From the NCBI GenBank assembly GCA_965153285.1, contig OZ229121.1: 64,000 nucleotides of DNA; one strand, given 5' to 3'. The translations under genes and the position numbers were made by a program. The notes under the pieces were generated by a model. The model saw nothing but the letters and a program-made list of their open reading frames with translations. It searched no databases and had not been told where the DNA came from. Position 1 is the first letter of the stretch. The number at the start of each line of letters is the position of its first letter. Source of the stretch: Podarcis tiliguerta (taxonomy: Eukaryota). Positions 1 through 13,302 of the stretch are shown in pieces.

Positions 1-1084
1 TTGAAGCTTCTTTGTCTAAGTTAACTCCACCCTTAAAATCTGAGCCATTTTTCGTTTGCCATTTCTCTCCAGACAAGATGTTTGCTATTTCTCTTTCTTA
101 GCTCCACTCATCCTATAAACAGTTCCTGCATGAATAAAGCCTTTGAACTCCAGAAACTAAGTTGAAACAACAGAACATGCTTTTTTTTTTTTAGCGCCAA
201 TACTATACTATACGAGCTAGGTTCATCTTACCTGTAGTACGTAAATTCCCAGGTCACACAGAACTTTATACCTCCCTGCTACTTCAAGGTGAAAACCCAG
301 ATGTTACATACTCAGTTGCTAGATTCTACACTGCCATGATGGATATTAGTCGAAGGATGGTTTGTGCCACAAACTAGGTCCAAAATGCAAGACCTTTTAA
401 CTGTGCCTGTTTCTATCTTTTTAAGTATGTATGACATAATCACCTCTTAATTGCTAGTTTTTATTCCTTACCTGTTTTAAGTCTTATGTGTTCAGTTTAT
501 CCATATGCTTTATCTTTTGTTGGTCTGTGACCGAAATAAAACTTTGATAGCGATACTGTAAGTGATTACTCCAATCTAATTCACCCAACCTGCAAGGTCT
601 GCTAACAGCCTATTACACTTAATATCAAATTGCTGTGGAGATGGATGCCAGTGCCTGAAGGCCAGTTCAGAACCCTTTGTATGCTTCCATGCATATGCAG
701 AACACCTACATGTCAGGGCAGTGCCATGCAGTTCAAGAAAGGGGCAGAGAATATCACGCCCTCTGCTTTTCATCAGATGAAAATAGGCAGACGTGCCAAC
801 TGATGCTGATAAATGTGCTTGTGTATAAATTCCCTAGCACACTCTTCAATAGCGGAGACATTTGCTTTAGGTATGCTGCCAACTTCCTACAATTTAATGT
901 TGGTGAGCCACACCAACAGCAGTGTGATGAGAGAAAAGAGGCAAGTGAGCAAGTGGCGCATGTGGGGGGCAGCCCAGGCGACCTGCTGAGGAAGGTGTCT
1001 TTGAAGGAGGGTGGGATGCACTTGAGAGAGTGGTTTGGCGAAGAACTCTGTGAGGCACCATGTTAATTGTCACTTCAGAGAGGA

Positions 1085-2286
1085 TAATAATAATATTATA
1101 ATAATTTATTATTTATAACCCGCCCATCTAAAGGGACGTGGGTGGCGCTGTGGGTTAAACCACAGAGCCTAGGACTTGCCGATCAGAAGGTCGGTGGTTC
1201 GAATCCCTGCGACGGGGTGAGCTCCCGTTGCTCAGTCCCTGCTCCTGCCAACCTAGCAGTTCGAAAGCACACAGTGCAAGTAGATAAATAGGTACCGCTC
1301 CAGCGGGAAGGTAAACGGCGTTTCCGTGAGCTGCTCTGGTTCGCTAGAAGCAGCTTTGTCATGCTGGCCACATGACCTGGAAGCTGTACGCTGGCTCCCT
1401 CGGCCAATAAAGCGAGATGACTGCTGCAACCCCAGAGTCAGCCACTACTGGACCTAATGGTCAGGGGTCCCTTTACCTTTAACCTGCTCACCTGGCTGGG
1501 TTTCCCCAGCCACTCTGGGCGGCTTCCAACACAACACTAAAATACAATAACCTATTAAACATTAAAAGCTTCCCTAAACAGGGCTGCCTTCAGATGTCTT
1601 CTAAAAGTTTGGTAGTTATTTTTCTCTTTGACATCTGATGGGAGGGCGTTCCACAGGGCAGGCGCCACCACTGAGAAGGCCCTCTGCCTGGTTCCCTGTA
1701 ACACCGCTAGAAGTCCCTCGGTGCTGGACCTCAGTGTCCGGGCAAAACGATGGAGGTGGAGACGCTCCTTTAGGTATACTGGACTGAGGCCGTTTAGGGC
1801 TTTAAAGGTCAGCACCAACACTTTGAATTGTGCTTGGAAACGTACTGGGAGCCAGTGTAAGTCTTTCAACACTGGTGTTATATGGTCTCGGCAGCCGCTC
1901 CCAGTCACCAGTCTAGCTGCCGCATTCTGGATTAGTTGTAGTTTCCAGGTCACCTTCAAAGGTAGCCCCACATAGAGCGCATTGCAGTAGTCCAAGCGAG
2001 AGATAACCAGAGCATGCACCACTCTGGCGAGACAGTCTGTGGGCAGGTAGGGTCTCAGCCTGTGTACCAGATGGAGCTGATAAACAACTGCCTTGGACAC
2101 AGAATTGACCTGTGCCGCCACTGACAGCTGTGAGTCCAGAATGACTCCCAGGCCGCGCACCAGGTCCTTCAGGGGCACAGTTACCCCATTTAGGACCAGG
2201 GAGTCCTCCACACCCGCTCGCCTCCTGTCCCCCCAAAACAGTACTTCTGTCTTATCAGGATTCAACCTCAATCCATCCTCCAACCA
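1085..2286 (-). mobile_element. 5'-truncated L2-clade LINE (ORF2 C-terminus and 3' tail), interrupted by a Sauria SINE
   Basis: Translation LRLNPDKTEVL...SRLDYCNALY.GLP...LHWLPV...RAFSVVAPALWNALP; (TAA)n tail near 1085-1115; 21-nt in-frame deletion relative to the 45693 copy. Confidence 0.92.
1133..1484 (+). mobile_element. Sauria SINE, full length, nested in the L2 tail
   Basis: tRNA-like head GGGACG.GGTGGCGC with B-box GGTTCGAATCCC; ACCTTT tail. Confidence 0.92.
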
Positions 2287-3405
2287 AGAGTTCGCCCACT
2301 TCCCTGACGTCGCATTGAAAATTAGCGGAGAAGAGTTGTTTGGCAGAGTTGTGAGGGAAGGAGGTGGGATTTGGGGTGAGCTGTGGGTGGTGGTGGCGAG
2401 GGGAGGAAAGGGGGGGGGAAGGAAGGGGATAACAAAGGAGTGAGGGTTGGTGAGAGAACCAGCAGAAGTGGCAGCCCCTAGGATAACACAATAAAAAGAA
2501 ATCATTTAAGCTGCCTGTGACATTTCCTAGGGATGTGCCAGTTAGCACACAAATAGTTTGATGTCAATTTGTGTTCAAATAATGTAAGCCAAAATTATAT
2601 ATTAGTAAAAAAAAGCTTACAAATGTTAGGCTGGTAACTACAGAATCACCCAAGATTGTGTTTATATGGGTTTGGTTGGGATCACTCATCATAAACATAC
2701 ATACCTTTGACTTCCTTACATAAATATTTGAATATTTTATCTTCGTAACACCAGCCAACATCCTGTTCTGATTCTCAAGTGAGATTGCTCTTTTCTCGGT
2801 TTCACCATGAAACATGATAATGATGTTCAAATCCTCAACAACTGCCTCAGTTTTTAAAACAATGGAATTATAGGATCCATGTGTGTCCAAAAGGCCAGTA
2901 TTTATTAGCAGTTTCTAAGAAGATTTGTGCATGATAAATGCTTGGTCAGCGCAAGAGACAGTTCTGATGAAGACTTAACAGACTTCATAAGAATAGTGGA
3001 ATAGCACAGGAGCTCAAAACTCTTGCAGTGTGTTGTCTACAGAGTTGTTATGAAGGCAGCACAACAAAAATTCAGGTCTACTTCACTTGAAAACAGAGTG
3101 GCACAGAAACTGCTTAAAGCTGCATCTGTGTGACAGATGCACCCTATGGCCAGGCATTTGTATGCAGCAGCTTAGCACACAAATTTGATGTCACCATACC
3201 AGAGGCTTCTGTGGAGCCCCATTTTGATTTGCCACAACCTCAGGGGACATTGCAGCTGGCTACCTAGGGCAGTCTCCTTGAGGGAATTTCATACTGAAAA
3301 GCTAAGGCTATCCCTTCCACTGTGGTTTTTGTTGATGCACATGTTAAAGTCTGTCAGTAAATGTGTGGCCTGTGTAATACTATTTAGTGGTGTCTCTCTT
3401 CCTCC

Positions 3406-3683
3406 TAGGGCTGCCATATTTCAAATAAAAACCAGGACACCCCAAAAGTAGTTGAGCTTTTTTTTAGGAACATGCCACCCCCCAAATTGAGCCTTTTAAA
3501 GGAAAACCTGAAAGTTGTTGAGCTATTTTTTACAAATAACAAATAAACACACCCAAGAAAAGCACAATTTTACGATTTGCCTATGACCCAGGACAAAGTG
3601 CCTCTTGCAACCTCCCCCCCCCCGGGCGTCAATTCCACCTTTGAAATCCAAGTCAAGGAAAATATGGACGTATGGCAGGCCTA
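3406..3683. mobile_element. Non-autonomous hAT element (Blackjack-like TAGGG termini)
   Basis: TIRs tagggctgccata / tatggcaggccta; perfect 8-bp TSD cttcctcc. Confidence 0.85.
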
Positions 3684-3911
3684 CTTCCTCCACTTTCCTC
3701 TTTAGCTGCATTGTAGGTGCCAATCTGTATGGGAGCCATGGTGGGCCTCACCGGGTCTCAGTCAGCCTCACCAGGCCTATCCACAGCCATGGCAGGCCCA
3801 GCCAGGCACTCCCTTGGCTACAACAGGCCCCACCAGGCACACATATAATTTACTTACTTATAATCTTGCATTGGTTCACAAGGCAGCAGTAAAAATTGAG
3901 CAGGCAAAATA

Positions 3912-4135
3912 CAGTGGTACCTTGGGTTAAGAACTTAATTCGTTCCGGAGGTCCGTTCTTAACCTGAAACTGTTCTTAACCTGAGGTACCACTTTAGCTA
4001 ATGGGGCCTCCCACTGCCACCGCCACCGCTGTGTGATTTCTGTTCTCATCCTGAAGCAAAGTTCTTAACCCGAGGTACTATTTCTGGGTTAGCAGAGTCT
4101 GTAACCTGAAATGTCTGTAACCCAAGGTACCACTG
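3912..4135. mobile_element. Tc1/mariner-type MITE
   Basis: TIRs cagtggtaccttgggtta / taacccaaggtaccactg; TA TSD. Confidence 0.9.
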
Positions 4136-5107
4136 TACTTACATTGTATAACAAGCTTCAGGCATGCACCTGGAGCAAGTGGAGGCATGTCTGCATCCAT
4201 CTCTGGTCAAAGGAAGAGAGAGAGGAACAGGAAGTACTATATGTTCCTTCCTCTCTGGGAGAGGAGGGGAAGTGACATCACACAGAGCCCTCTCTACCAA
4301 TTCTATTTCTGTGGTCTGAGTGTCAGCAAAGCAGCTCTGTGGTCGTAGCCCCTTCTCATGCTAACAAACAATAATATGCATTTGTTAGTTGGGGCTGCTA
4401 ATCCCTCACAGACTTGACCTTTGTTAATATTATAGCTTAATTGTGGTTCAAAAACAGATAACATCCTACTTTATGATAGCAATACTTTTGCAATGCCGTG
4501 ATATCCCTGCAGAGGAACTTTTATAGAATTGTCATAAATGTTGCCTAGGAACATAAATTACCTTGCGAATCTCAGTCTGCCAAGCAGCCAGAAGAATCAT
4601 GCTTGCCGTGCATGTCACTGCTACCTCATGCATTGAGTTGGAATGTGGCCTCTGCATGCATGGGGCGAATATGTCCCTTGATGCTGCCCTAAACAAGCAC
4701 AATCGAGGCAAGCTATCTCTTTGATGAAAAACAAAACTTGGATTAATTTTACATATTTAAAACCTTCCACTACACTGATTGCCTGGAACAGCAGGAATGG
4801 AAAAAGAAACCCAGGCAAAGTTGTAGACCAGTGCCATTTGGGCTTTACATTAAGATTTCCTGCATATTCAAATAGAGAAGTAGTCTTCAGCTGTCTCATA
4901 ACTGGGACCTACCTTTAACTCAAACACACATCTGTTTGTATGATGATAGTGCTGCTGTTGAAACCCACCTTAGAGCCGACTGTGAACCAGTTCTGGGTCC
5001 CGGCTCTCCAGCTGAAAACCAGTGATCTAGTGCTATCACTCATAGAATGGCCACAACAAGTGTTTAGGCATGTGCAGAGCAAGAACCAAGTGTGGTGAGC
5101 AAGCTAC

Positions 5108-5190
5108 AGCAGCCTTTCTCAACCTTGGGTTCCTAGATGTTGTTGGACTACAACTCCCATTATCCCTAGCCAGCAGGCCCAGTGGTCAGG
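5108..5190. mobile_element. Half of a short hAT-type MITE
   Basis: ggactacaactccca core shared with the 28004, 45283, 56531 and 63622 elements. Confidence 0.6.
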
Positions 5191-6295
5191 CACAGGAGCA
5201 GACTTCGGTATTCTTTCAAAATATGGCGCCCTGGGCGAGGCCAAAATTTGGCACCCCCAAATAGATCTTCTCAATTATGGGTCTTCTACATTTTGCGCTT
5301 GCTCAGCTCAGCGCCATGTGCGGCAGAACCGGCCACACTGCCCGAAATCCATGATGCGAGTTGTAGCCCAAAACTTGTGGAGGGCACCTTGTTGGCAATC
5401 CCTGAATTAGAATCTTAGAAAGCTGATCATCAAATTCTCCGAGTGAAGGCTGTGCCATAAAATATCATCAAAAGTGTAACCGTATAGGGATATTTGTGCT
5501 TTAGAGAGTTACTAGAACCAGCATGCATGCAAACACAAAGGTGTTATCTGAAAGAAAAAAATACAAGAAAATCCCTAAAAGCTAACAACCTTTCAAATCT
5601 CCATTGGGAAGGACTTTGCAGGGTGTGATTCGTCATGAAGGGTGTGACCCTAAGAAATTATCAGTTCATTTGACCTCAGGGGTGTGGAACTTATTTTACT
5701 GCTTTATAATTGCTTGTGTTTATGATTGCATGGACATTGCCCATTCCTAATAGCTGCATAGCATGACCCTGGTCTGTTTTTTTCTGCTTGTTTCAGGCTT
5801 CCTTTATCAAATATCAAAGAATTAAAGTTGAATCTAACTGAGAATATATGAGTATGCATTTCTAGAATCATTCCCATGGCTTCCCAAGATACTGCTTTGC
5901 CACAAATTTCAACTAAGAGCAATGTGGTCGAAAAGAAACATCACACCATCCTCATAATCATTCATGGCCAGTATGATGTCTATATATTTTAGCCTCTCCA
6001 TCTCTCTCTCTTGCAAGTAATTGCTCTGAAAACTACCCAAGCCCTCTGTGGCCATATATCAGCTATCTTATATGTAACATTAACTTTGTTATGAGCCCCA
6101 GTGCTATATATATTGGGGGGGGGCATTTCCCAATTTATAAACTGGTATCCAATTACACACCTCCTTATTGGAGATAAAATATAATAAATTTCTTCAATTA
6201 AATATGAAGTGCATAGCTTCAGAAAACATATAAATTACAGCTGCAACTTTATACATAATATTAATTGACATATCAGTATTATGTTAGCATATTAT

Positions 6296-6974
6296 TGCCC
6301 TGAAGCACGGGGTACCTGGTGGCAAATGCCAATGGAGTGCACAATCCCATAGTAGATGCTAGTATACAGTCCAGCAGGCCAACAGCTCTGGAGTCCAGTC
6401 AGGCCAGGGTCCCTCCTCTGCAGCCAATTCAGGGGTCAGGACACCTGGAGGTCAGCCCTGAAGCGCTCCCTTGACCATCCAAGCCATGGTCCCACCAACG
6501 TGGGAAGTTCAGCAGACACAGCACCAAATCTCTGCTGCCCTTTTATACTTTGCATGCTGATTGCAGCATCTGGGCTTGATGAGGCAGGTGACCCTCACCT
6601 GTTCCAAGCCTACTCCAGCAGAGGAATCACACACTTCCTCCCAGAGCTAACAAGTCCCACCTGACCACTGGTCTTGCTAGCTAGGGATGATGGGAGTTGT
6701 AGTCCAAAAACAGCTGGAGACCCAAGTTTGGGAAACCTTGTCCTAGAGAGCCTGCCGTGGAGACAGGGCCCCCTCTACCTCTAATGATGAGCCCTGCTGC
6801 TCTGGTTCCTGTGCACTGACACCCATCCCCTCGCCATCCTCTGTCATCCCATGGGTGCTTCCTACACCAACTTCTCCTTCACCATCTCCGGCATGCCCTG
6901 GTGTGTCCCAGTCCTGGCTACAACCCTCATCAAGATCCACTTCCTCCTCCCCGTTGTCCTGTAAGTTCATGACA
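6296..6974 (-). mobile_element. Solo LTR-like element with a half hAT MITE inserted at about 6661-6740
   Basis: TG...CA termini; 5-bp TSD attat (recovered after removing the adjacent TA-inserted MITE); minus-strand TATAAAA near 6547. Confidence 0.7.
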
Positions 6975-6978
6975 ATTA

Positions 6979-7194
6979 CAGTGGTACCTTGGGTTAAGAA
7001 CTTAATTCGTTCTGGAGGTCCGTTCTTAACCTGAAACCTGAGGTACCACTTTAGCTAATGGGGCCTCCCACTGCCGCCACGCTGCCGCCACATGATTTCT
7101 GTTCTCATCCTGAAGTAAAGTTCTTAATGCCAGGTACTATTTCTGGATTAGCAGACTCTGTAACCTGAAGCATCTGTAACCCGAGGTACCACTG
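6979..7194. mobile_element. Tc1/mariner-type MITE, same family as 3912
   Basis: cagtggtacc TIRs; TA TSD; high identity to the 3912 copy. Confidence 0.9.
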
Positions 7195-7734
7195 TATATT
7201 ACAGCAATGTTTTATTTCTTCGCATTAGTAACTTTAAAAAAAATCTGATAAATAAAAAGCTGTAATCTGTGTATGATTGTGGGATTTGGTGGGCCTCCTA
7301 GAACCTGGGGTGCGTGTGTGTCTTTGTCCACTGCGACCCAGGAATCCAGGGTTCAAAGGCCCAAATCAGCCATTAACTCAATTCATGACAACTCTCACGT
7401 AATGCAATGGCAAAATTCCCACTGACTTATTTGGAAGTCCAAGAGAGCACTGAGAATGCCTTTGTTCTAGCCAAGATCCTACAAACAATGATCCAGATGA
7501 GTGCCTTATGCACACATAGATTCAGAATGTGATCACTGGAACTGGAGATGTAAGATGGGCCCAGAAATGCCTACTGTCATAGCTACGGTACTTGGTGGAG
7601 ACAAACAATACGTCTGCAAATATGAATTTATGAGGCAACTAATTCCTCTGCACTATTTGCTCTCCTGTTGTTTTCCAAGAACTTTGTAACTGTGATTTTA
7701 CAATTCTGCGATATTTCATTGTTTTATATGTAAG

Positions 7735-8345
7735 TGTTGTGTCCAAGGATTGAGGCAGAGGTAAATAATGAGGATTTTATTCTAAGAAAAGAAGCAGCAA
7801 TCATAGCAAGACTAAACAAGTATGCTTAGGCCTAAAAATTCCCTGGTGTTACTTCCAATCTTTTTACTGAGCTGAATCTCTTCAGTTGGCTATTTTTAAA
7901 AGGAGAATTAAAGGGGGAAATCCCGACTAAATTACCACCATAACCCAAGAGGTGGGGATATATATTTTAAAAATTAAGCATAAATAAATCCCTTCACAGA
8001 TGTGGACACATTACTGGCACTGAGACTGAGGGAAAGGAAAGCAGAGCTCTGGTGTTGCTTCAGGTCTGTCCTGCTTGCAAGCTTCACATTCACTGAAAAG
8101 TGCCTCAGATTGCTCCGATAGCCATTTACTCCAAGAGAGCACTATAGATTCTGGTTGTACTGGGAATTCTGCGATGGAAGCCAGAGGGCAACAATGTGAC
8201 ACCCTTGGGCCACAGAGGAACTGGCACTTCAGTCACGTCTGGTGGAAGTGTTTCTGGGGTTGACCCTGCACACAATTCTGTTTCTGATTCCGAATTTTTA
8301 ACCTCATTCCTCAAAGAAGGGGATTCTGACCCCAGGGTTATGATA
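7735..8345 (-). mobile_element. Degenerate solo LTR-like element
   Basis: Minus strand starts TATCATA (degenerate TGTCATG); AATAAA at 7781-7776, about 40 nt from the putative CA end. No TSD found. Confidence 0.4.
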
Positions 8346-9504
8346 TGTGCCCTGAGTCTCTTTTAAGCACCTAGGAATGTCCTTGCTATAAAGCCTGGAG
8401 GGCATCATGGTCTTCAAGTCTAAATTCTCAACTTGTGTTGGCAGCAGTGACTAGTTCTGTGGCACCTAAAAGTCTAACAAATGTTATTCTTTCATAGGCT
8501 AGAGTGCAGTTCATTAGATGCATCCAGTGAAGTGCACTATAGTCCCTGAAAGCTGATATCTTAATAAAATGTGTTCTTCTTTCAGGTGCCACAACCCAAG
8601 ACTCTTTGTTGTTGCTCTAGTAGGCTCACATAGTTACCCCTCTGGGAATTTTTGTAATTAGCCTTGCCAAGCTTACAGAAAGGTTATATAGTTCAGCAAG
8701 GATGTTATAGACTATAATTATTGTGTAATGTTTTATTTCTGACTATCGGTCGAATAAAGAAATTGATTGATTGAGTTCAGCAAGGAATATCACTCAGGTA
8801 CATTTTGGATTAAAGTATCTTTATTAACCACATAACAAATGTCCATTGAGTTATGATGTAAATAATGTTGATTGCTATACTACTCCGCTGGCTTCACAAT
8901 GTGAACTGGAATCTCTGCCAACTTAGGAGGAGGGATTCCTTCTTTGAAAATGCACCACCACAAAAGCTCTTTACATATGGAAACTGGGTATTATGCAGCA
9001 TCCTTTGCACATGTGTTTCCAACAAGTGATCCACCATTTGCTCTCATACAGACCTATGAGAAGGTTATAGCACACATTTGAATCCCCTCTGATTTCCATC
9101 TGGCAGCTCAGAGAACGTTTAGTCTTTTGACCTAGATCAGGCTGACTGCATGTGTTTCACCCAACATCACATGATGTGTTTCATATCAAAGCATCAATTT
9201 GAACTGGCTTCCTTATTCAAGGCAAAATTGATGTATGTTTGCAAGGGCACGCCCACAACCATTTTAATTCTAACGCTGTCGTGTGTATGAAGTTCAGGGA
9301 TCTGAGCCAGGACACGACAGCTGTCTCCCTCCTCGTGGCTTAAAGGACCATTGCAGGCTTGCACAGTGGTTTACCCTGACCTCCAGCTGAGCATGTTCTG
9401 CTGCATCAACGGTGCCTGGTTTTTCACCGCTGAAATTCCCATCTCGGAGAATAATTGCTGGGCCCTAAATCAGGAATGGGGAACCGAATGCATCCCTTCC
9501 CAAG

Positions 9505-10121
9505 TGTCATGGACTGGCTGGATGCAGAAGAGTGGTGGGTGGCACCAGGTGGGGGAACCCCCAAGGGAATCCCCAGGGGAAGAAAGCTCAGAGTCAGGGG
9601 ATTGGTGGTGGGATGACAATGCATGGTCGAAGGGAGAAAACTGGGAGGAGGAAGTGTCAGAAGCTGAAGAGGCAACAGGGTTTAGTGAGCAGGAAGAGGC
9701 TGTGGCAGAGAGCAGTCCAGACTCAAATGCAGTAGAGGAGGGGAGCCAGGGGACAAAGGCGAGGCAGGCTGCAGAAGAAGGCAGGGAGTCTCCGCCTCCT
9801 GCTGCAACCAATTCCCTTCACCGCTGGTCTCCCAGAGAAATAAAATGGGTGGAGCAACAAGAGACAGGATGACAGAGCCTTAGTGTGCTGGGAAAGGAAG
9901 TAGGGCAGGAGCCTTAGAGAGCAGTGGGAAGGCGGAGACCTCCAGTCCTCGCAACGGCCTCATTGGGGCAAGACCTACTGAGAAGGGTTGCTGTGATCAC
10001 TAAGACTGAGCTGTTTTGTTTCTTTAAAGGAATAAGGTGCTTAGCCTGAAACAGATGCCTCACCCCTGCCCTAGGTATTTTCTGTTTTTCACAGAAACAC
10101 TGCACCAGTTCCTAGCATGAC
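9505..10121 (+). mobile_element. Solo LTR-like element with purine-rich 5' part
   Basis: Starts TGTCATG; ends near catgac; AATAAG near the 3' end. Right boundary and TSD uncertain. Confidence 0.55.
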
Positions 10122-11072
10122 GGGTAGTTAGGCATAATCAAGCCAGTACCCCCTGCAAGTTACCGGACAGAATTTCAGCAACTTGCTTCTTTAAAAGCTT
10201 ACTGGTTAAGCTGGTACATTTTCATGCATTGCTAAGTACTCAATGAAAGCAGAGAGAACTGGGAGCTGCTGTGGTTTATTTAGGCAACAGGGAGGTGTTC
10301 TTTCTGGTGAAGGAACAGATCGAGATTGGCAAAAGGGTGTGTTCGCAAATGGCCAAGGGGGGAGTGAGTCATAGCAAGGAAAATTTTGGCTTCCGAGAAA
10401 CATTCAGAAACAACGTCTTATGTCACAATATCGGCAGCATTGTGTATGCTTAACAGTCAGTCAGACAAACAAACAGAAAGACCCTTAGACACACAAAAAC
10501 CTGGTTTCTACAGAAAGTGTGTTGCGAACAGGGGGTTAAAGTCTACATTCCAACTATGACAAATGTGTCTTTTTTTTGTTCCACTAATTTCCTCCTGTTG
10601 CATAACTTTATGAGAAGATAAATAAAGGATTTAAATGCCAAATACTTTGCTCAGTGTTATTGACCACTCTCATTTGTTTAGAGCTTTACACCACACCTCA
10701 GTCCTTAGCGACGTTCGCTTCTAGTTGTGTTGGAAATACAACTTCCTCCAAAGGAGGCCGGGGGCGGGGCGGTGGCATCTGTCTGCTTTCAATATATTAA
10801 CGAAGAGCTGAACACCAATTGATTCATTAAAATGGCTGAATACAAATTCATTCACAAGCATCACGCCTCACCTGCATTTGCCCAGTCGCTGACAAACCCA
10901 CCTGCAACGGCTTCAGAAGAGCTGGCTATGCAGCTTGTTATTTGGGTTAGATTGCAAGTGTGTAAGGATGTCCTATCCTTCGGAGCAGCTGTGGGCATCA
11001 ACTTGAGCCTCAGCTCAAAGTGAAACCTGTCTCCCTTTGGGCAATTGCACTAGGAATGGTGCCAGCGAGACG

Positions 11073-11103
<31 letters not shown>

Positions 11104-11113
11104 CTTCTTCTTC
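11073..11113. repeat. (CTT)n microsatellite
   Basis: About 13 perfect units. Confidence 0.95.
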
Positions 11114-12079
11114 ATTGTATGCTGGCGGTTTTGCTTATATCAGAAGCTTCTTTCTTTGAAAGAATTAGAACTAGTTATTTTCTAGGGATACTTCCTATTT
11201 AGAGTTTAATTTTCCAAAGGATGAAATGTAATAAATAGTCACCGTTCTCTTTTCCCCCTTTAAATATGTAAAAATATATATAAATAAATAAAAGAGAGGG
11301 GGTGAGAAGATAGGAGAATCCTTTAAGACAGCATTTACAACAAAGGACTGGATAGCATTTGCATTACTGCCCAAATTGGATTAACAGGATCGAAAAGGCA
11401 TCTCTAGAGTCTCCAAGGATGGATATTTCTGACATTTTAAAATAATGAACTAAAATACTATGGGAGAGTGGGTATCACAGCTTATATTAAATGGTGCTTT
11501 TGTTTTCCTGCTGCAGAAAAAGGATTTTTTACCGCCGACTTAAAAGGGAGAGCGCTAACAATGCAGTCAGAAGTAAGTCCCACTGAATTCAATGGTAAGT
11601 ATGTATGGCATCATGGCACGGCACAACCTTCACTGGTGGGTGGCCCCTGGAAGGTTCCACAAAAGGAAATGCGGCCCTTAGGCTAAGAAAGGTTCCTCAC
11701 TCCTGTTCTACATACAGGCTGGCTAGAGCCTTCATGAAGAATTACCAAGGGTGTGTATTGAGAAGCATGTTGAATTGAAACCTATGAGACACAGGGCTAC
11801 AAAAAGCACGTCTGCTTCCTCCAAACACATCCAGTGCAATGCCAGAAAACATACCAGGATTTGTGCTATTGTCTCCACGGCAGCATGTCTGGCACAGAGA
11901 CTTTCCAACACACTAGCACAGCTGTAACAGTTCTGCGGCGAGCTTTGACACAGCAAGAATTATTTGAAAGCAGCCACACTACAGCTGTAAAACAGAAAGT
12001 GTGTCTTACTTTTTTTTAAAAAAATGTTAGGTCTCCAAATTTTAAATTGCAGGTGTCCAGTTAATATGTAGTTCATATA

Positions 12080-12459
12080 AAAGGTAAAAACAAAAGGTAA
12101 AGGACCCCTGGGTGGTTTAATCCAGTCAAAGACGACTATGGGGTTGCGGCACTCATCTCGCTTTCAGGCCATGGGAACCGGCATTCGCCCACAGATAGCT
12201 TTCCAGTTCATGTGGCCAGCATGACTAAACCATTTCTGGCACAATGGAACACCATGATGGAAACCAGAGTGCACAGAAACACTGTTTACCTTCCCGCTGC
12301 AGTGGTACCTATTTATCTACTAGCACAGGGGTGCTTTGAACTGCTAGGTTGGCAGGAGCTGGGACAGAGCAATGGGAGCTCACTCTGTCGCGGGGATTCG
12401 AACCGCCAACTTTCTGATTGGCAAGCTCAAGAAGCTCAGTGGTTTAGACCACAGTGCCA
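12080..12459 (-). mobile_element. Sauria SINE
   Basis: AAAGGT tail on the left; homologous body; reverse B-box gggattcgaacc. Confidence 0.9.
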
Positions 12460-13223
12460 GTAGAGTGCTCTACCAAATAAAATTTCAATATATATATATA
12501 TATTTAATTCCCATCAAAATCTCAAAGCCACACACTTTCCTATCCTACAGATAACATACATCTTTCCATCTGAACTTAGAGAAACTCCTGGAGATATTTC
12601 TGTCATTCTCCTATGGTCTGGCACCAGGAGGCATTGGGGGATTTCGAGCTGCAGGGTTATTGGCACTGCACTGAGCAGACAGCCCAGCTCTGTTCTCCTC
12701 CAGCAGTCCTTTTACCCAGAGGTATTTAGGCTGGGTCCCTTTTGTTCAGCTTCTCCAGAGGAGGTATCGGTTACTTGAGAACCATAGTACTAAAATGTAT
12801 CATGTTCGTCTCTTAACAACGAGAATGACAAATATTACTCCCTTATTGCGTTCCAGTTGAAGCAGCTGCTTCTAATTACCAGAAACAAAATGAAATGTTG
12901 TTTCCTTTTTCTGCTTCTTTGTAGAGAATAAATTTGGGAGCAAGAAGTGTAGTACTTCCCCAACTATAATCTCCCTCCCTTCCCTTTATAATCCACTGAA
13001 TAGCAGACAGATTCGTTTACTGACATTTCTACCAACAGGAATACAATTGTTAAGAATCTCCAGGTGCCACTAGAAGGTTTTGGCCTTGAAATAAGATAAG
13101 ATGGAACATTTCCAACTCCCTCTCTTCCCAAAAGGAGGCTATTAAAAGCATACTAGACTCACAAAAAGCCTCCTTGGCATAAAGGAAAGAGAACCATAGG
13201 TTGTTGTTTTTTCCCTGTGTCTT

Positions 13224-13302
13224 TTTATTAAAATGAAGTTATTCATTTGGGACTGTAGTAATTAGTTCTTTGTAAAAAAATTACAGCATGGCCTCTTTTA
13301 TT
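13224..13302 (-). terminator. PRR15: Candidate PRR15 poly(A) signals (AATAAA at 13302-13297 and 13229-13224)
   Basis: Two AATAAA about 1.05-1.12 kb after the stop; the first is followed by a U-rich tract. Confidence 0.5.

Noticed and set aside
677-1066. 129-aa + ORF
   Set aside because: Non-ATG start, no recognisable domain and no exon context; could not be assigned.
1133-1210. tRNA gene (A/B boxes)
   Set aside because: It is the tRNA-derived head of a Sauria SINE; the same applies to the other copies.
1555-2505. 316-aa ORF as a host gene
   Set aside because: L2 ORF2 remnant fused by chance to C-rich flanking sequence.
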